Positions 24,110 through 35,596 of a stretch of 64,000 nt of DNA are shown in pieces. Numbering within the stretch: the first letter of the stretch is position 1; each line of letters begins with the position of its first letter. The stretch covers positions 73,284,001-73,348,000 of the forward strand of contig CM060731.1 of the NCBI GenBank assembly GCA_030704615.1, in the 5' to 3' direction. The notes under the pieces were generated by a model. That model was not told the DNA's origin and searched no databases. It was given only the letters and a program-made list of their open reading frames with translations. The stretch is from Takakia lepidozioides. Taxonomy: Eukaryota > Plantae > Bryophyta. Made by a program: the position numbers and the translations under genes.

Positions 24110-26087
24110 CTGAACCTCTTGGCTCGTTGTAGGATCCGATCCCTCTCCTTGGCAGTCATAGTGGCTGCCGTGTCTCCACTGCGGAGGTAGTCCAACACAA
24201 CTGAATCCTCATGTATATCTTTGGCGCCACCCTGCTCATTGCTGGCCTCAGGGTCCTCAGACACTTGATCTACAGTCATCCCTGTTGTAGGTCCAACCTG
24301 GCCTTCCGCTGCCAAGATACACAGAAATGCAGATGCATGCCATCCGGGCACCATCTCCTCGTCCGTCTCACCATGCCACCGAGCTCCAGTGTCATCCTGC
24401 TGGCTCGTGCATGGATTGCGACTCAACCCATCTGCATTTCGATTGACCAAACCCGGTCGATGCACCACCTGAAAGTCATACTCTTGAAGGATGAGTGCCC
24501 ACCGTGCAAGCTTCCCCGTAAGCTTGTCTGACTCCATCAACCACTTGAGTGGTTGGTGATCCGTGACAAGGGTGAAGAGATTGCCGTATAGATAGCACCT
24601 GAAGAAGTGTGCCACGGCCCACACATGCAGCTAAGCATTCTCCCTCATAGAGCTATACTTAGACTCTGCCAGCATTGTTCGAGCGACTAGCATAAGCCAC
24701 TACGAACTCTCTTCCCTCATCATCCACCTGTGTGAGCACCGCTCCAAGCCCCAGCATGCTCCAATCTGTATGCAGCTGAAAAGGACGCCCCCTGATAGGT
24801 CGTCTCAAGATGGGCGCCGAGGTCAACCTCGCCTTGAGCTCTTGAAAAGCTTGTTCTTGCTCATCTTCCCACTGCCACTCCTGGTCCACCTTGGTCAGCT
24901 TGGTTAGAGCCTTTGCAATGGCACTAAATCCCTTAACAAACCGTCTGTAATAGTTTGCTACCCCATGAAAGCTCGAACTCGGCTCACATCCGTGGGACGT
25001 GGAACCTGTGCAATGGACTCTACCTTAGTCTGCTGTACCCCCAATCCTCCAGGATATATCATGTGACCCAGGTACTCAATCTGGTTGTGGAAAAACTTGC
25101 ACTTGCCTGGATGTAACTTCAATCCGTGCGTCCTCAAGCGCTCAAATACCCCCTGAAGGTGTCTCTCATGCTCCTCACCGCAGCACTAAAGATGATGATG
25201 TCATCTATGTAGCACCGAGCAAACTCCACCCCTGCTAGAATCCTGTCCATGACTCTTTGAAACTCAGCGGGAGCGTTTTTAAGCCCAAATGGTAAGAACC
25301 GCCACTGGTATAGGCAATCCTTCCCGTGCTCATTGATCCCCCAGAATGCCGTCTTTTGCTTATCCGCCTCCTTGATCGGCAACTGGTGATATCCGGATCG
25401 TAAATCCAACGTGCTAAAACCTTGGAAGCCCATGGCATCAAAGATCTCTCTGGTGTTGGCATGGCCATACCTATCGGACTTGGTCTGACGATTTACAGGC
25501 CGGTAATCACCGCACATACGTCTCTCCGTCCAATTGCCATAGACATCCTTCTTAGCTGGCATCCCTGTGGCTGAAGCATACTCTCCACCAGAGAGCTCCA
25601 CCAAACCTGCCTCCCAGAGATCTTGAGTCCTCATCTGAATCAAAGACCTCTCCATGTCACTGTATCTATAGGGTCTCCGAAAGATTGGCGTATCAGTGGC
25701 CAACTCAATACGGATCTCTTGACCCTTCAGTGCTCCCAAGTCCTTCAAACTGAAGGCAAAGCAATTCCTGTAAGCCCTCAGGAACCGCCGTATACGTCGT
25801 CTCTCTCCTCCGGTGACAATGGGTCCAATGCCAGGCTCCCAATTGTCCTCCGTAACTGCAACCTTAAGTCCAGTGGGCTTAGAGGTAGAGGACCCGTCCC
25901 GGTTGCTATGACTGCTGCACCTCTTGAGCAGTACCCCTTCCTGCTCAGTCAATGACAAGGCCTCATCCTGCCCCATCATCTCATCATTGAGAACCTCCTC
26001 ATCCCGAGAAGAATCCCCAACCTCATCCATCACAGCTGCCTTCGCTGCCAACTCCCTCTGAACCTCGAGCACCTCCACATGTGCCAT
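24028..26087 (-). CDS. Reverse transcriptase and RNase H (frameshifted)
   Basis: RMCGDYRPVN, LDLRSGYHQ, PFGLKNAPAEFQR, YIDDII; FQLHTDWS...GAVLTQ...VAYASR, LVTDHQPLKWL, RWALILQEYDF, NADGLSR. Confidence 0.95.
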
Positions 26088-26199
26088 GGATGTCTACACC
26101 TCGTGGTCCTCACCGGCTCGCCCCCACTCGCTGCCTGTACCGTCTCGGTAGGCAGAGAACCGTCAAGGGAAGTGCACTCCGCACTCTACGTGATCAGCC

Positions 26200-27170
26200 A
26201 TAGCCAAGCTGACAATCCAGTCAAGCAATTGAGATCCATTGCTTGCCCCAACACTGACGACGTGTGCCTCAGAAAGAGAAGGCACCGCCGTGTCGTGGTC
26301 CAGTGGAAAACCCATAGCCCGCTCTCGCTCGTCGGCATTAGGCTCCACTAACTGCTGCAACTGAGCATCCCCACAGGAGGCCAGGTCCACCATCCAGAAA
26401 AAAAGCATGGGATCCTGGGAAGCTGAGCAGTGTAGGTAATGCTGCTCGTGGTTGACCCACCCTGTTGCCCACTGCCAAAAGGCGAACGGTCATCGTGTCT
26501 CACACGTTGAGACTGCCTTCCTGTGTCCAAAATGCCATCCACGGTGAGGTGTGCTGGCCGCTTTGACCCCATCAAATGCACGCTTGAGCAGTGCGGGTGG
26601 CATCAAGTAGTCCACATAGTCGTGGACGATGAGCCCGTGACCCCACTGCAGCTGCATCCAGCAACACTGCTGACCCAAGCCACGACCGGACTTGATGCAC
26701 ACTGGCCCATCCCTGTGGGGCCCGAGAATCACCCATCAGTGGTACATTCTCCAAGATGTATGCTGGAGATACAGCTTGATGAAGCTGCAAGCAGCGCAAA
26801 ATCCGCACCATCTCCCAAAACAGACCCGTCCTCGAGTCTCGTAATCCATTGCCATGCCCGGCTGATGAATGCCCTTGGCAGGGCCAACCGCTGCCACTAT
26901 CAGATCAATAGAGCCAACCTGCTCCAAATCTTGCGCCCCCAACAAGGAAATGTCTGCTGGCAAGGCTTGTTGGTATCCACGAACTGCAGACACAGGCAAC
27001 AAGTCAGGGTACTGCTGTACCAACTGAGCCACATGGCGCAGTGGACGCGTCGTGCAGTCTCATCCCTCTCCACATACAGGTAACGCCTTACCCGCACACC
27101 TGCCTGTTGAAGCCACAGCACATCCGGTGCTGATCCCGCACCAACAAGTCCAGAAGGCAAATGCCTTCAT
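26200..27170 (-). CDS. C5 cytosine DNA methyltransferase domain within Pol (multiple frameshifts)
   Basis: Motifs in canonical order: I LLDL..GISTG (~27125-27160), II YLYVERD, III DI, IV IDLIVA/GWPCQGHS.AG (~26858-26910), V GLRDSRTGLFWE, VI YILENV (~26745), VIII DAAAVGSRAHRPRL, IX EPNADERERAMGFP, X LGQAMD (~26235). Confidence 0.92.
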
Positions 27171-27441
27171 CCGGCCGCGCTGCCATACAAGAGGTGTGGT
27201 GTCCAATGGCGACAACTGAGGTGGCCCTGGTGCAATCACCGAAAACTCTCCTCCTCTCCTGACGGGACACAAAAGCTTCTTCCCAAGCTTGTTGCACCCG
27301 TCCATCAAGCACTTGCTGCAAATCTTTGCTCGTACCCACAAACAGGGGGCTGTGTGTGAAACCCATGGCAGGCAACTCGCCGTACCATGCATGTCATCCT
27401 GCTCTGCTGGGGGTGGCACATCCTCTGCATAGGCATTGCCT

Positions 27442-28034
27442 TCAAGCAACTCTCCAGGCCAGCTGACTGCAAGCTGTGAAGGCGGCTAGTGTTGGCATCT
27501 TGCCCCGCTGAGCAGCTGCAATATACCCCCAATGAATATCACAGGGAGCTGTGCACGGCGACCATCCCCTGACTGCCATCCAGGCCTGTAGGATGCTGCC
27601 TCTCCCAGAAATCCAGGTGAAGCCATGGGGTGGTGTATAACACTGCCCCACCAACGAGGACATGTAAGAGACCGCGTCTGTCACAATGGCCTTGGCTCGC
27701 ATCACTGAGCCATCTACAGGATGATCCGGCTGCAGTCTAATAGCCAATGATGCCGTTTTGTCATGCCGCGAGCCTGCTCTAATCCTCCAGAGATGTCTGT
27801 ATCTGGAAAGGACAAGGTCCATATCCGCCTCCATGGAGGCCCACCCAAACCTGCATAGCAGCTCTGCCCAACATCAGTGGCTGAGCTCCTGGGGTCCAAC
27901 AAGACCCGCAGTGGCCGGTACTTCTTGCCTGCCGGTCCACTCAAAGTGAAAATGCCTCCCTGGTTGTCTAACAAGACAACTCCAGGTGTCACCATGGCGC
28001 GCTCAAAGGCTGGCCTAGCTGGCAGCTCCGTCAA
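27442..28034 (-). CDS. Retroviral-type aspartic protease (frameshifted)
   Basis: RVLLD / GAQPLMLG across a frameshift at ~27890, between gag and the MTase. Confidence 0.7.
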
Positions 28035-28499
28035 TCTGGCAGCTGCCAGCTTGCCAGGGCGATGCCGTGGCAGTCTTGACCCTCAAATCCGAGGATCCCT
28101 CTGCCACTACACCTTCCACTAACTCCGCAGAAGATGAAGTGACCTCTCCACTCTCGCAGAGTGTTGCTGCTAGTCTGAACAATGCCAGCTGGTCTCACTC
28201 CCGGCGTCGCAATCATGGTTGCGAGAGAGAACAATGGGGCTTGGCAGCAGGAGTCAATGCTGCTGCACGTGTAGCTCTCCCAATGGCATAGTAACCTCCG
28301 CCTCGGTAACAGTCGGGCGAGAACTAGGTGCCATGGATGGCGTCGACACAGTCTCCGCCAATGTGAATGACTGAGGAAGCCTTTGCCTGACGGCTTGCCT
28401 CCCCACGCTGTGGATCCAATTCCACCTCTGCACCTCGTGGCTCAGGAACTCGTGCTGCTCTCGAGTCCTCGCGTACGGCTCAGCAGACTCCACCTGCCT

Positions 28500-30100
28500 T
28501 TAGGGTAGTGCTGCTCCGCACATAAATCCCATGCCTCCCATATCTCCTCCCTCAAGAGCAGGAGGTGGACCATCCCGCCTGGGAGCCGGTACCGCCTGAG
28601 CTATAGCCATGGCAGCGAGCCTCTGCTCTAGCTGCTGAAGCCGGTTGGCCATGCCTTGATCAACGCCCTGACCTCCGCGTCCTTGCTGGCCATGTTGAGC
28701 TTGCCCTTGGCCTGCACCTCGTGCCCGACCACCTCGTCCTCTTGGGCTGGTCCACCTCGCCCCCGGCCACCATTGTTCCTTGGAACTGGCCTGGGCGCAA
28801 CTCAGGATGCAAGTCATAACACTGGGCATCTCCATGCCCATACTTGCCACAATGCCCACACTGCAACTGTGCAGGCTGTGCTTGTGCCGGCCTTCTGCCA
28901 CTCTCTGGGCAATCTCTCTTGACATGGGGTCCTCCACATGTCCAACATATCACCCCTGGTTGCTGTTGGCCTGCAAAAGATGCCACGGGCCTCTGCACCT
29001 GAGGTCCCCTGTAAGCTCCATGGAACTTGGGCTGGGCAACCTTGCCCCCCTGACCACGCTGTTGGGCAGTCCCTTGTGCTTGTGGGCTGACAGCTGTGCC
29101 CCGTACAGGCATGTCCTTGCCAAATCCAATTGTAACAACTCGCTCCTCCACCATGTTGAGCTCAATCCGCTCAGCCAGCAGAAACACATCTGCTAATGTG
29201 GGTTGGGCTGCTTGTAACAGGGTTGCATCTCGCACCCTTCTCTTGAGCTCCTTGTCCAGAATTCCATACCAAAACTGGATTGCCTGAGCTTCAGTAACCC
29301 CTTGGGTCACACTTATCAAGCGCCTCATACGAGTGTACGCCTCTCGCAGGCTCTCACTGGGTTTGCGCTGGAAGTCTTGCAAACTTCGCAGCTTCTCTGT
29401 CCGTACACCTTGGTAGTTCCTCCGCAACTCCTGGAAGAACTCCACCACCGGGTTGAATCTAGGCACATGTGTTGTAGTGTGGCAGGAGGAGTAGTAGCAC
29501 CTTTGAACTGGTACCACCTGCAGAAGTACCAGCACTACTTGCTCCACTACTAGTGCTGGCAGTGGGAGCTATTGGTACTGATGCAGCTACTGGTCGCGTC
29601 GTGCCTCGAGTAATGGAGACGTAGTCAGGTGACCAATACATCCTCCACTCCTCAATCTCTGCTTCATGTCCTCGCCTGAACTCGTGGTAATCGTCCATAG
29701 GCGGGCCTTCCAAATGCTGGAACAGTCCCTTCCACGCCATGAATGGGGTGAATAGCTGTGGATTGCGCATCTGCTGCAAATCACACCAGCTGTCGAACTC
29801 CTGGATAAAGTCATCCAACTCGATTGTGCCCACAGCTCCAGAGTACCTACGAGGCCCCTTGGTAGCTCCATACATCTCCTCCATGTCGTCCCACAACAAT
29901 GGCGAATGAAAGTGCACACCTGTTGATGAAGCCTCCGAGTCTGTGTCTGACTCTACAGTAATTGAGGGTGGCGGTGAAGGTGGTCTGAACCGAATACCTC
30001 GTCTTGTGAACCCACTCTCACTGTTACTGCCTGTAGCCGTACTCCCCTCAAAACCCTTGGGTAACTCCGTAATGACACTCACAATGTGCACCTCCTCCAC
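28500..30100 (-). CDS. Gag with two CCHC zinc knuckles (frameshifted)
   Basis: YSG...LDDFIQEF, FQRKPSESLREAYTRM...QFWYGI, CWTCGGPHVKRDC, CGHCGKYGHGDAQC. Confidence 0.9.
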
Positions 30101-30615
30101 GTGACACTATAAGGCTCTAGTACTAATCTAATAGTGACACGGGTGGGCACCTGTTGCAGTTAAGGGTCATATCCCAATGGCTCAGGGCACCTGCACCTGC
30201 ATCCACCGCAAGAACTCCTATGGTTGGCTGGTCATCAACCCAGCCTCACCATAGAAGAAACACTGGTGGTCTTGCTGGTCATCACTCCAGCCTCACCACC
30301 GACAGCATACTAGGATTGACCGGTGATCAAATCCGGCCTAATCCCTATGAAAGCAAGCGCCCACACAAAACCAACATGGCGCACAGTCAAGCATGCAGGT
30401 GTTGGGGGGATCCAAACACAAGAAATCAAAACATCAACACCCCCACACCAAAATCCAGCTGCAATGCTGATCCTGCAGAATATCCCAGCCCAAAACCCCG
30501 GACTGACTGGCCTCCACCAAGAGAGGCTTTGGCAACTACAAGTACAAGGTAATGAAAATAGTACAGAGATGGAGGGGAAGAATAGAAGCCCGACCAAGCA
30601 AGATCTAATCCTGAT

Positions 30616-31310
30616 CTATGCTATCAACTGCCAGACTTCTCTCAAAGTGCCTCGCTCTGCATGATGGTAAGGTGTAGGAGGTATATCTATGTCCAGAAAC
30701 CTGCCACTAACCTTGTCCCAAGCTACAGTAGCTCGCTCTAACCAACCCTCCTCCTCTTTCTGCCAGGTAGAGACAAAGCAATACTCCCCTATCTCCCGCT
30801 CACTGAACACTAAAGAAAACAAAGGTAGGGTCTGATAGTCTCTCAACTCGAAAGCTTTGAGACGGTTGCGGGTGTCCTCATTGCGAATGACTGCATCTCC
30901 TTCACGCACAACAAACATGTCATTGCTGATGAACCCCCGCTCGTGGTTGCCCTGTGCAGAGCGTATCCGGCTGCAACCATGTCTGATTGCACAAACTTGT
31001 GTAGCTCCTGCTCCTCTGCTCCAGTACACCACGGCCTGTGGCTGAACACCTTGGTCCCCGGGGCTGTCTTTGGCTGTGTTCCAAGCCTAGCTTTCACCCA
31101 CTTTGGTATTTCACCTACAGCTGCAGAACTGCTGGCTCCAACAGAGTTCTGACTGTCCAAGGCGATATTGAGGCCCTCAATGCCAACTACAGCAGTCTGT
31201 TGTCTACTGCTAATGCCTGACTCCCAGTATGCAATCAACTCGTCCAACTGTTCTCCACTCAAATCAGTCTGAGTTCCTTGGGAAACATAAATCTGTCCCC
31301 TTGTGTGCAC
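30616..31310 (-). CDS. Extra ORF upstream of gag (two frameshifted halves, ~230 aa), unknown function
   Basis: Overlapping ORFs 30843-31310 and 30616-31032 in element sense with globular-looking composition. Confidence 0.45.
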
Positions 31311-32929
31311 AGGCTAAGAGAAGAGACCTGCCCTTCAATTACGTCCTCATTTCCCCCAGCCATACAAGGAGTACATCCACAGATTTGTCTCTCATATAGA
31401 CCAGCACAGGTTCTAGAAACAGGATTGTGGATCTTTCATGGCACACTCACACTCTAAAAATTCCATAGATTTTTAGCAGAGTCCCAAAAACAGAAACCAG
31501 GTCTAGATAGGTAGATTTCCCCTTTCTGCAGCTATCCCCCAAAAACTGAGTCAAACAGAGTCCATTTGACAAAGATATGACCAACCAGGCTCTTAAACAT
31601 TTAAATTAGATCAAAAGGTTTTTTTTTTTTTTTTTTTAAAAAATTTTAATACTTGTCTAGGTTCCCTGGTTATCTACGGGTTCCCGAGGCCGTTCCCGAC
31701 TATGCTGACTCCAGGGCTTTGATCCTTGCGCTTGAACCAAGTAGCTCCCTGACCCACGCTCATATCACCAGTACCACCCTGCTCGACAGGCTTAGCACCC
31801 ATAGGCTTCCTCAACCTCTACACTCTAGGAAACAGGATCGACCAGGGGTGAGCAACAAAAGACGAAGGGCTAGGGGCTCTGCTCTGCTCTGCAGGTTGGA
31901 CCTAATCGAAGGGGACGAAGGAGTCAGCGACATGCACATCCTGACGAGCAACACTTCGCTGACGACCAGGCACTCCCAAGTCCGCACAAGACCAGATGGT
32001 GACCACCAACGATTGAAATGCAATCAATTGGAAGTCCCTATATCACCATTGTTTCCAAGTTTTGCCTGTGAAGAAGACCACCGCGTCTTCCAGAGAGACA
32101 GAAGGCGAGACAGTGGGGTCAGAACAAGCGCCTTGAATCCTGGCTGGTCAGATCAAGAGAGGGACAATCACCGACTTGCAGGCACATACTTCGCCACTTC
32201 CAAACGACAATGGTTCGGCCTGGGGACGGAGAGAGCTGGGCACTGCTTGCACCCTCTCTGCCTTTCTGCCTCCTTCAGCTTGACAGGCGACTCACAGTAG
32301 CATAGAGAGCGAAGCAAATCGACCCAAAATGACAGAGGTTGGTGCCATTACAGTTCGTTGTTTGCGCCCGCTCACGACATACAACTGATGAAATTAACAG
32401 CTATCTTGAGCTCAACTGAGAAGAGGTAGAGTCACCGCGGTTCTTCAAAATTATTCTCCACAGTTCATCAGAGCTCATCCCAGTCTCATATTCTTTAGGA
32501 TGCCTACAGACTTGCAGATTGATGCAACCCTGCACAAAACCTCCGCATGTCTACACCGTCTGCAGTAATTACCTCTCTGGCTTTCGGAGCGCATGCGTGC
32601 AAATCAGCGCGGCTCCTCAGTCTCTCAGTCAGAAAAGACGAAGTCTTCACAGTCTCTGCTCGGCATCCGCCTTCCTTTGCCCACAGGGTATGAATGCTTT
32701 TTTTGTGTCTCCAATGAGATACTTTGCGAGAGTTTAGTTTCTTCTTGCATAAAGCGTAGGAAACGCAGACTGCAGTTAACAAGCACTAAGCTCGCCACTA
32801 AACAGAATCAGTTTTCAAGAAACATGGCATGAGAGATACAAGACACTGGTCTTCGATTCAAATGTGGGCACTGCTTTTCCTCTGCTCGAGAAGAAACGAG
32901 GACCCACTTTACCGCTGCTGGTGTTGGAT

Positions 32930-33130
32930 TCCAATGAGCACCTTAGCATGTCTTGCATGGAGGGGCGTCTATCAGGCACCTCGTGTGTGCAAAGCATGGC
33001 CATATCCATCAGCTGCAGCAACTGCTTGTCAATACATGTGGTCTTCAGCAGGTTCACATCAAAACTTGCCTGGCCAGCTCGGCTTCGCCAATGCTTGCCG
33101 CACCCACTGGAGCTTCACGCCCTCACTAAC
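32930..33130 (-). pseudogene. Captured receptor-like kinase C-terminal fragment in the element leader
   Basis: QLLQLMDMAMLCTHEVPDRRPSMQDM resembles RLK/Pelle kinase subdomain XI. Confidence 0.65.
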
Positions 33131-33409
33131 CGGAACGAAGGCTGCTTCCTCGTAGTATAGCTCCGTCCTGCCCCTGCGGCCTTATGCCAGAACCAGCGCT
33201 ATCCTTACCAGTAGAAGACACCATTATTTGCCCTGCTTGACATGCTGCCTGCCTCCATGGACCATATATACCCAGAAACCAAAGATGATCGAAACCTGCA
33301 TGTTCTTTTTGTTTGTTTTTTTTTAAAACTTCTTAAACTAAGCACTACTTCACAGAGGTAATCATACAAGTGCTAACCCTCAACTCCTACCTTGCACTCA
33401 CAAGTAAGA

Positions 33410-33425
33410 GCTCATCTCTCTCGAG
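33410..33425 (-). other. Self-priming primer-binding site
   Basis: GCTCATCTCTCTCGAG abuts the LTR and is the exact reverse complement of LTR positions 33612-33627; no TGG tRNA-type PBS. Confidence 0.8.
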
Positions 33426-33776
33426 TGATAGAAAGATACTTTGACACACTGTTGACACAAAACATGGAAACCAAAATCATCACTCTTTGAAATAGAAGTC
33501 GAGCCAGGGGCACCCCAAGCTATGGGGACTCCACCCCACAACAACCTACACTCCCATCATAAGCACACACAGCTTCTAAACGCAGGAAGGAGCTCGGTCG
33601 CGCAGGCTCAACTCGAGAGAGATGAGCGCGCGACTGCCGCTCTCGTGAAGATAAGACGGACCAGGTGTCAAACTAAACTTGACACCTGATTTAACACTTG
33701 ACCTAAATCCAAGTGTTAAATACAAATAACTAGTTTTATTCTAGCTGTTTTCACACTGTGCTTATTTAACTTGACA
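33426..33776 (-). repeat. 5'-terminal LTR segment X (351 bp), lacking Y
   Basis: Matches 22077-22427 with about 4 differences. Confidence 0.95.
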
Positions 33777-34326
33777 CCCCCCATTGTGGTGGAGAATGAC
33801 AGTACCGATGAGGAAGAAGATGACAGCGAGGACGAGTTGCCTGACGTTGATGTGTAATGCTTTTATGGCAGCATGCTTGTTCACTGCTATCCAGATTTCA
33901 AGAGGTCCATGGGTGGTAGTGAAGTTCACCTGTAGTGTGGAGGGGCTAAGATTTCTTGCAGGCTGCACTATGACTAGCACGCCATTACCATGACTATTAA
34001 TGCAGGTTTGAACTTCTGGCAGAGCCACAACCATGGCTTGTGCAATTATGTGCTATTGTTGAGAAGAACCCTTACCCATTCCCCTCATTTTTGTCGGATG
34101 ATGTTTCCATGTCACGATGCCACCAGTATGGAGGCTTTGTAGAAGTACATCCCACTCCACTTCAATTTTCACAAGAAGCAATCTGCAATTTCTTACTTTG
34201 CTGCATCATGCATGCTACACTCACATAGTCGTAATTCGTCTTTGTGCACTCGTCATACCCATGGCGAACACTGGCTGTAATCCAACATTAGGCTTGTAAC
34301 CAGTAGCCTATTTTGTGGCCTAAACA

Positions 34327-35596
34327 ACCCTTATGTTTGCGGATGACTTCGCAGGCATAGGGGAGACTCAAACCAATCTCCAAGAGTTGATTGATTGCGC
34401 GAAGAGATACTTTGATCTTTGGGGGCTAGAGGCTAATGACAGCAAATGTGTAGTGGTAGCATTCAAACGACAGAGGAGAGGGAGGAAGTGATCTTAAGTG
34501 GCAGTGGGGTAGCCAAGAGATCCCGGTCCTCCCTTCCTACACTTACCTGGGCGTTGAGTTTTTCTCCAATTGTAATTGGGTTGCACATATCCGGAAAGTT
34601 GTTCAAACTGGCAAGGGCAAAGCTCTGGGGCTCACTGAATTTTTCCACTGCAGAGAGGTCAACTCTGAGGTTAAGAAAACCATGCTTTGTCGCGTTATTA
34701 GACCTGCCTTGGAGTACGGATCTGCAATATGGGTTGATAACTCCAACCAGGCTAAGTCTCTAGAATCCATTCAAGTGGGGATGCTTAAGGAGTGTATGTG
34801 AGCATGCTCCAAAACAGCCAATGTGGCTGGTGGGGGTGAGTTTGGCATTCCGTCCTTAAGCTCCCGACGAGATGAATTCAAGCACATATGGTGGGGTCAA
34901 CTGCAATATATGCCCAACACTAGATATGCTAAGTTAATCGACTCTATATCTTGGAAACAGAGGCTAAGTCCTGGCAGAGGCTGTAGTGTCCAAAGCCATG
35001 TCTGTTGCCATGAGATTGTCTGATGAACATGAAGTTAGGCAGAAAACTTCCCTGAACTTGTTTCCAGTCAGTGACATGGGGGATGCCATCTTGGATGACC
35101 TCCTGGGTCTACCCACTCTCGGCACTAGACTGAAATTTAAACTCAAGGCAAGAAGCCTACCTTTGAACAACAAACAGAAGCAGAGAGGAAAGGGAGAGTG
35201 CAATTGCCCGTTGTGTGGACCATTTGAAGACAAAATTCATTTATTGATACACTGTCCGGGGTTCTCTCACCAAAGAGATGATCTCTTCAAATCTATCAAG
35301 GGAATTGTGCATGTACCCCTGTTTACCAACTTTGAAAGTCTCGAGGCTGAGCCAAAAGCCCAGGCCCTCCTGAGGCCTAGTTTTTGGGCAAATCACACAC
35401 AACAGATTGATGCTTGTGTGAAGGGATTTCTAGAGGATATCTGGAAAACCCGGATTAATTCTATATATGAAGGTAAGTCTTACTACCAATGTCAGCCCCT
35501 GACAGAGGTAGGTTCTGTCCCTTTTGTTCCCGCTCAAACTGGGCGCGGGGTCAATGGCAACAAGGCTACGGCAAACAACGTCTTATGAGTACAATC
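34327..35596 (+). mobile_element. 5'-truncated LINE (RT C-terminal half and zinc finger; possibly RTE-X-like)
   Basis: LMFADDF, YTYLG, IRPALEYGSAIW, CPLC..EDKIHLLIHC; 13-bp TSD TGTGGCCTAAACA (34314-34326, 35597-35609). Confidence 0.9.

Larger units (their letters stand above)
21991..33776 (-). mobile_element. Ty3/gypsy retrotransposon carrying a DNA methyltransferase and a PHD finger, with permuted LTRs
   Basis: Termini TGTC...GACA. Flanks are GCCCC / CCCCC (5-bp TSD with one mismatch, or 4-bp CCCC), and host Tnp2 reads through (NEAP|IVVENDSTDEEE). Order gag-PR-MTase-RT-RNH-INT-PHD. Confidence 0.93.
10423..33857 (+). pseudogene. CACTA/En-Spm Tnp2 (TnpD) transposase interrupted by three insertions; pieces ~10423-10625, 11194-13139, 19586-20182, 20376-20746, 21806-21990, 33781-33857
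   Basis: Transposase-associated domain (MLCSCSEC...QLLLH), IHACEQGCVLF, HAADSKAW, LALDGVNP, YNLPPW, HDFPAYG, DTMHCEKNV, LKSHDYHVLMQQ|VLHLALRG, FPPSFFDIMSHL...WMYPVER...PEGSMAEGY, YVGVIRE|ILEIDYG, and an acidic C-terminus. The frame is restored when the inserts are removed. Confidence 0.95.

Noticed and set aside
26200-27170. Bacterial restriction-modification gene or host DNMT gene
   Set aside because: It lies co-oriented inside Pol between protease and RT, with no evident introns, nuclease partner or separate boundaries.
21991-33776. DIRS/Ngaro/PAT element
   Set aside because: No tyrosine recombinase; it has a protease, a DDE integrase, TG..CA ends and a TSD. The MTase is C5-type, not the adenine MTase of DIRS.
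22077-33776. Ordinary LTR element bounded by the two X repeats
   Set aside because: Flanks do not form a TSD (CACAA vs CCCCC), there is no PPT next to X, and host Tnp2 resumes at 21990, not 22076.
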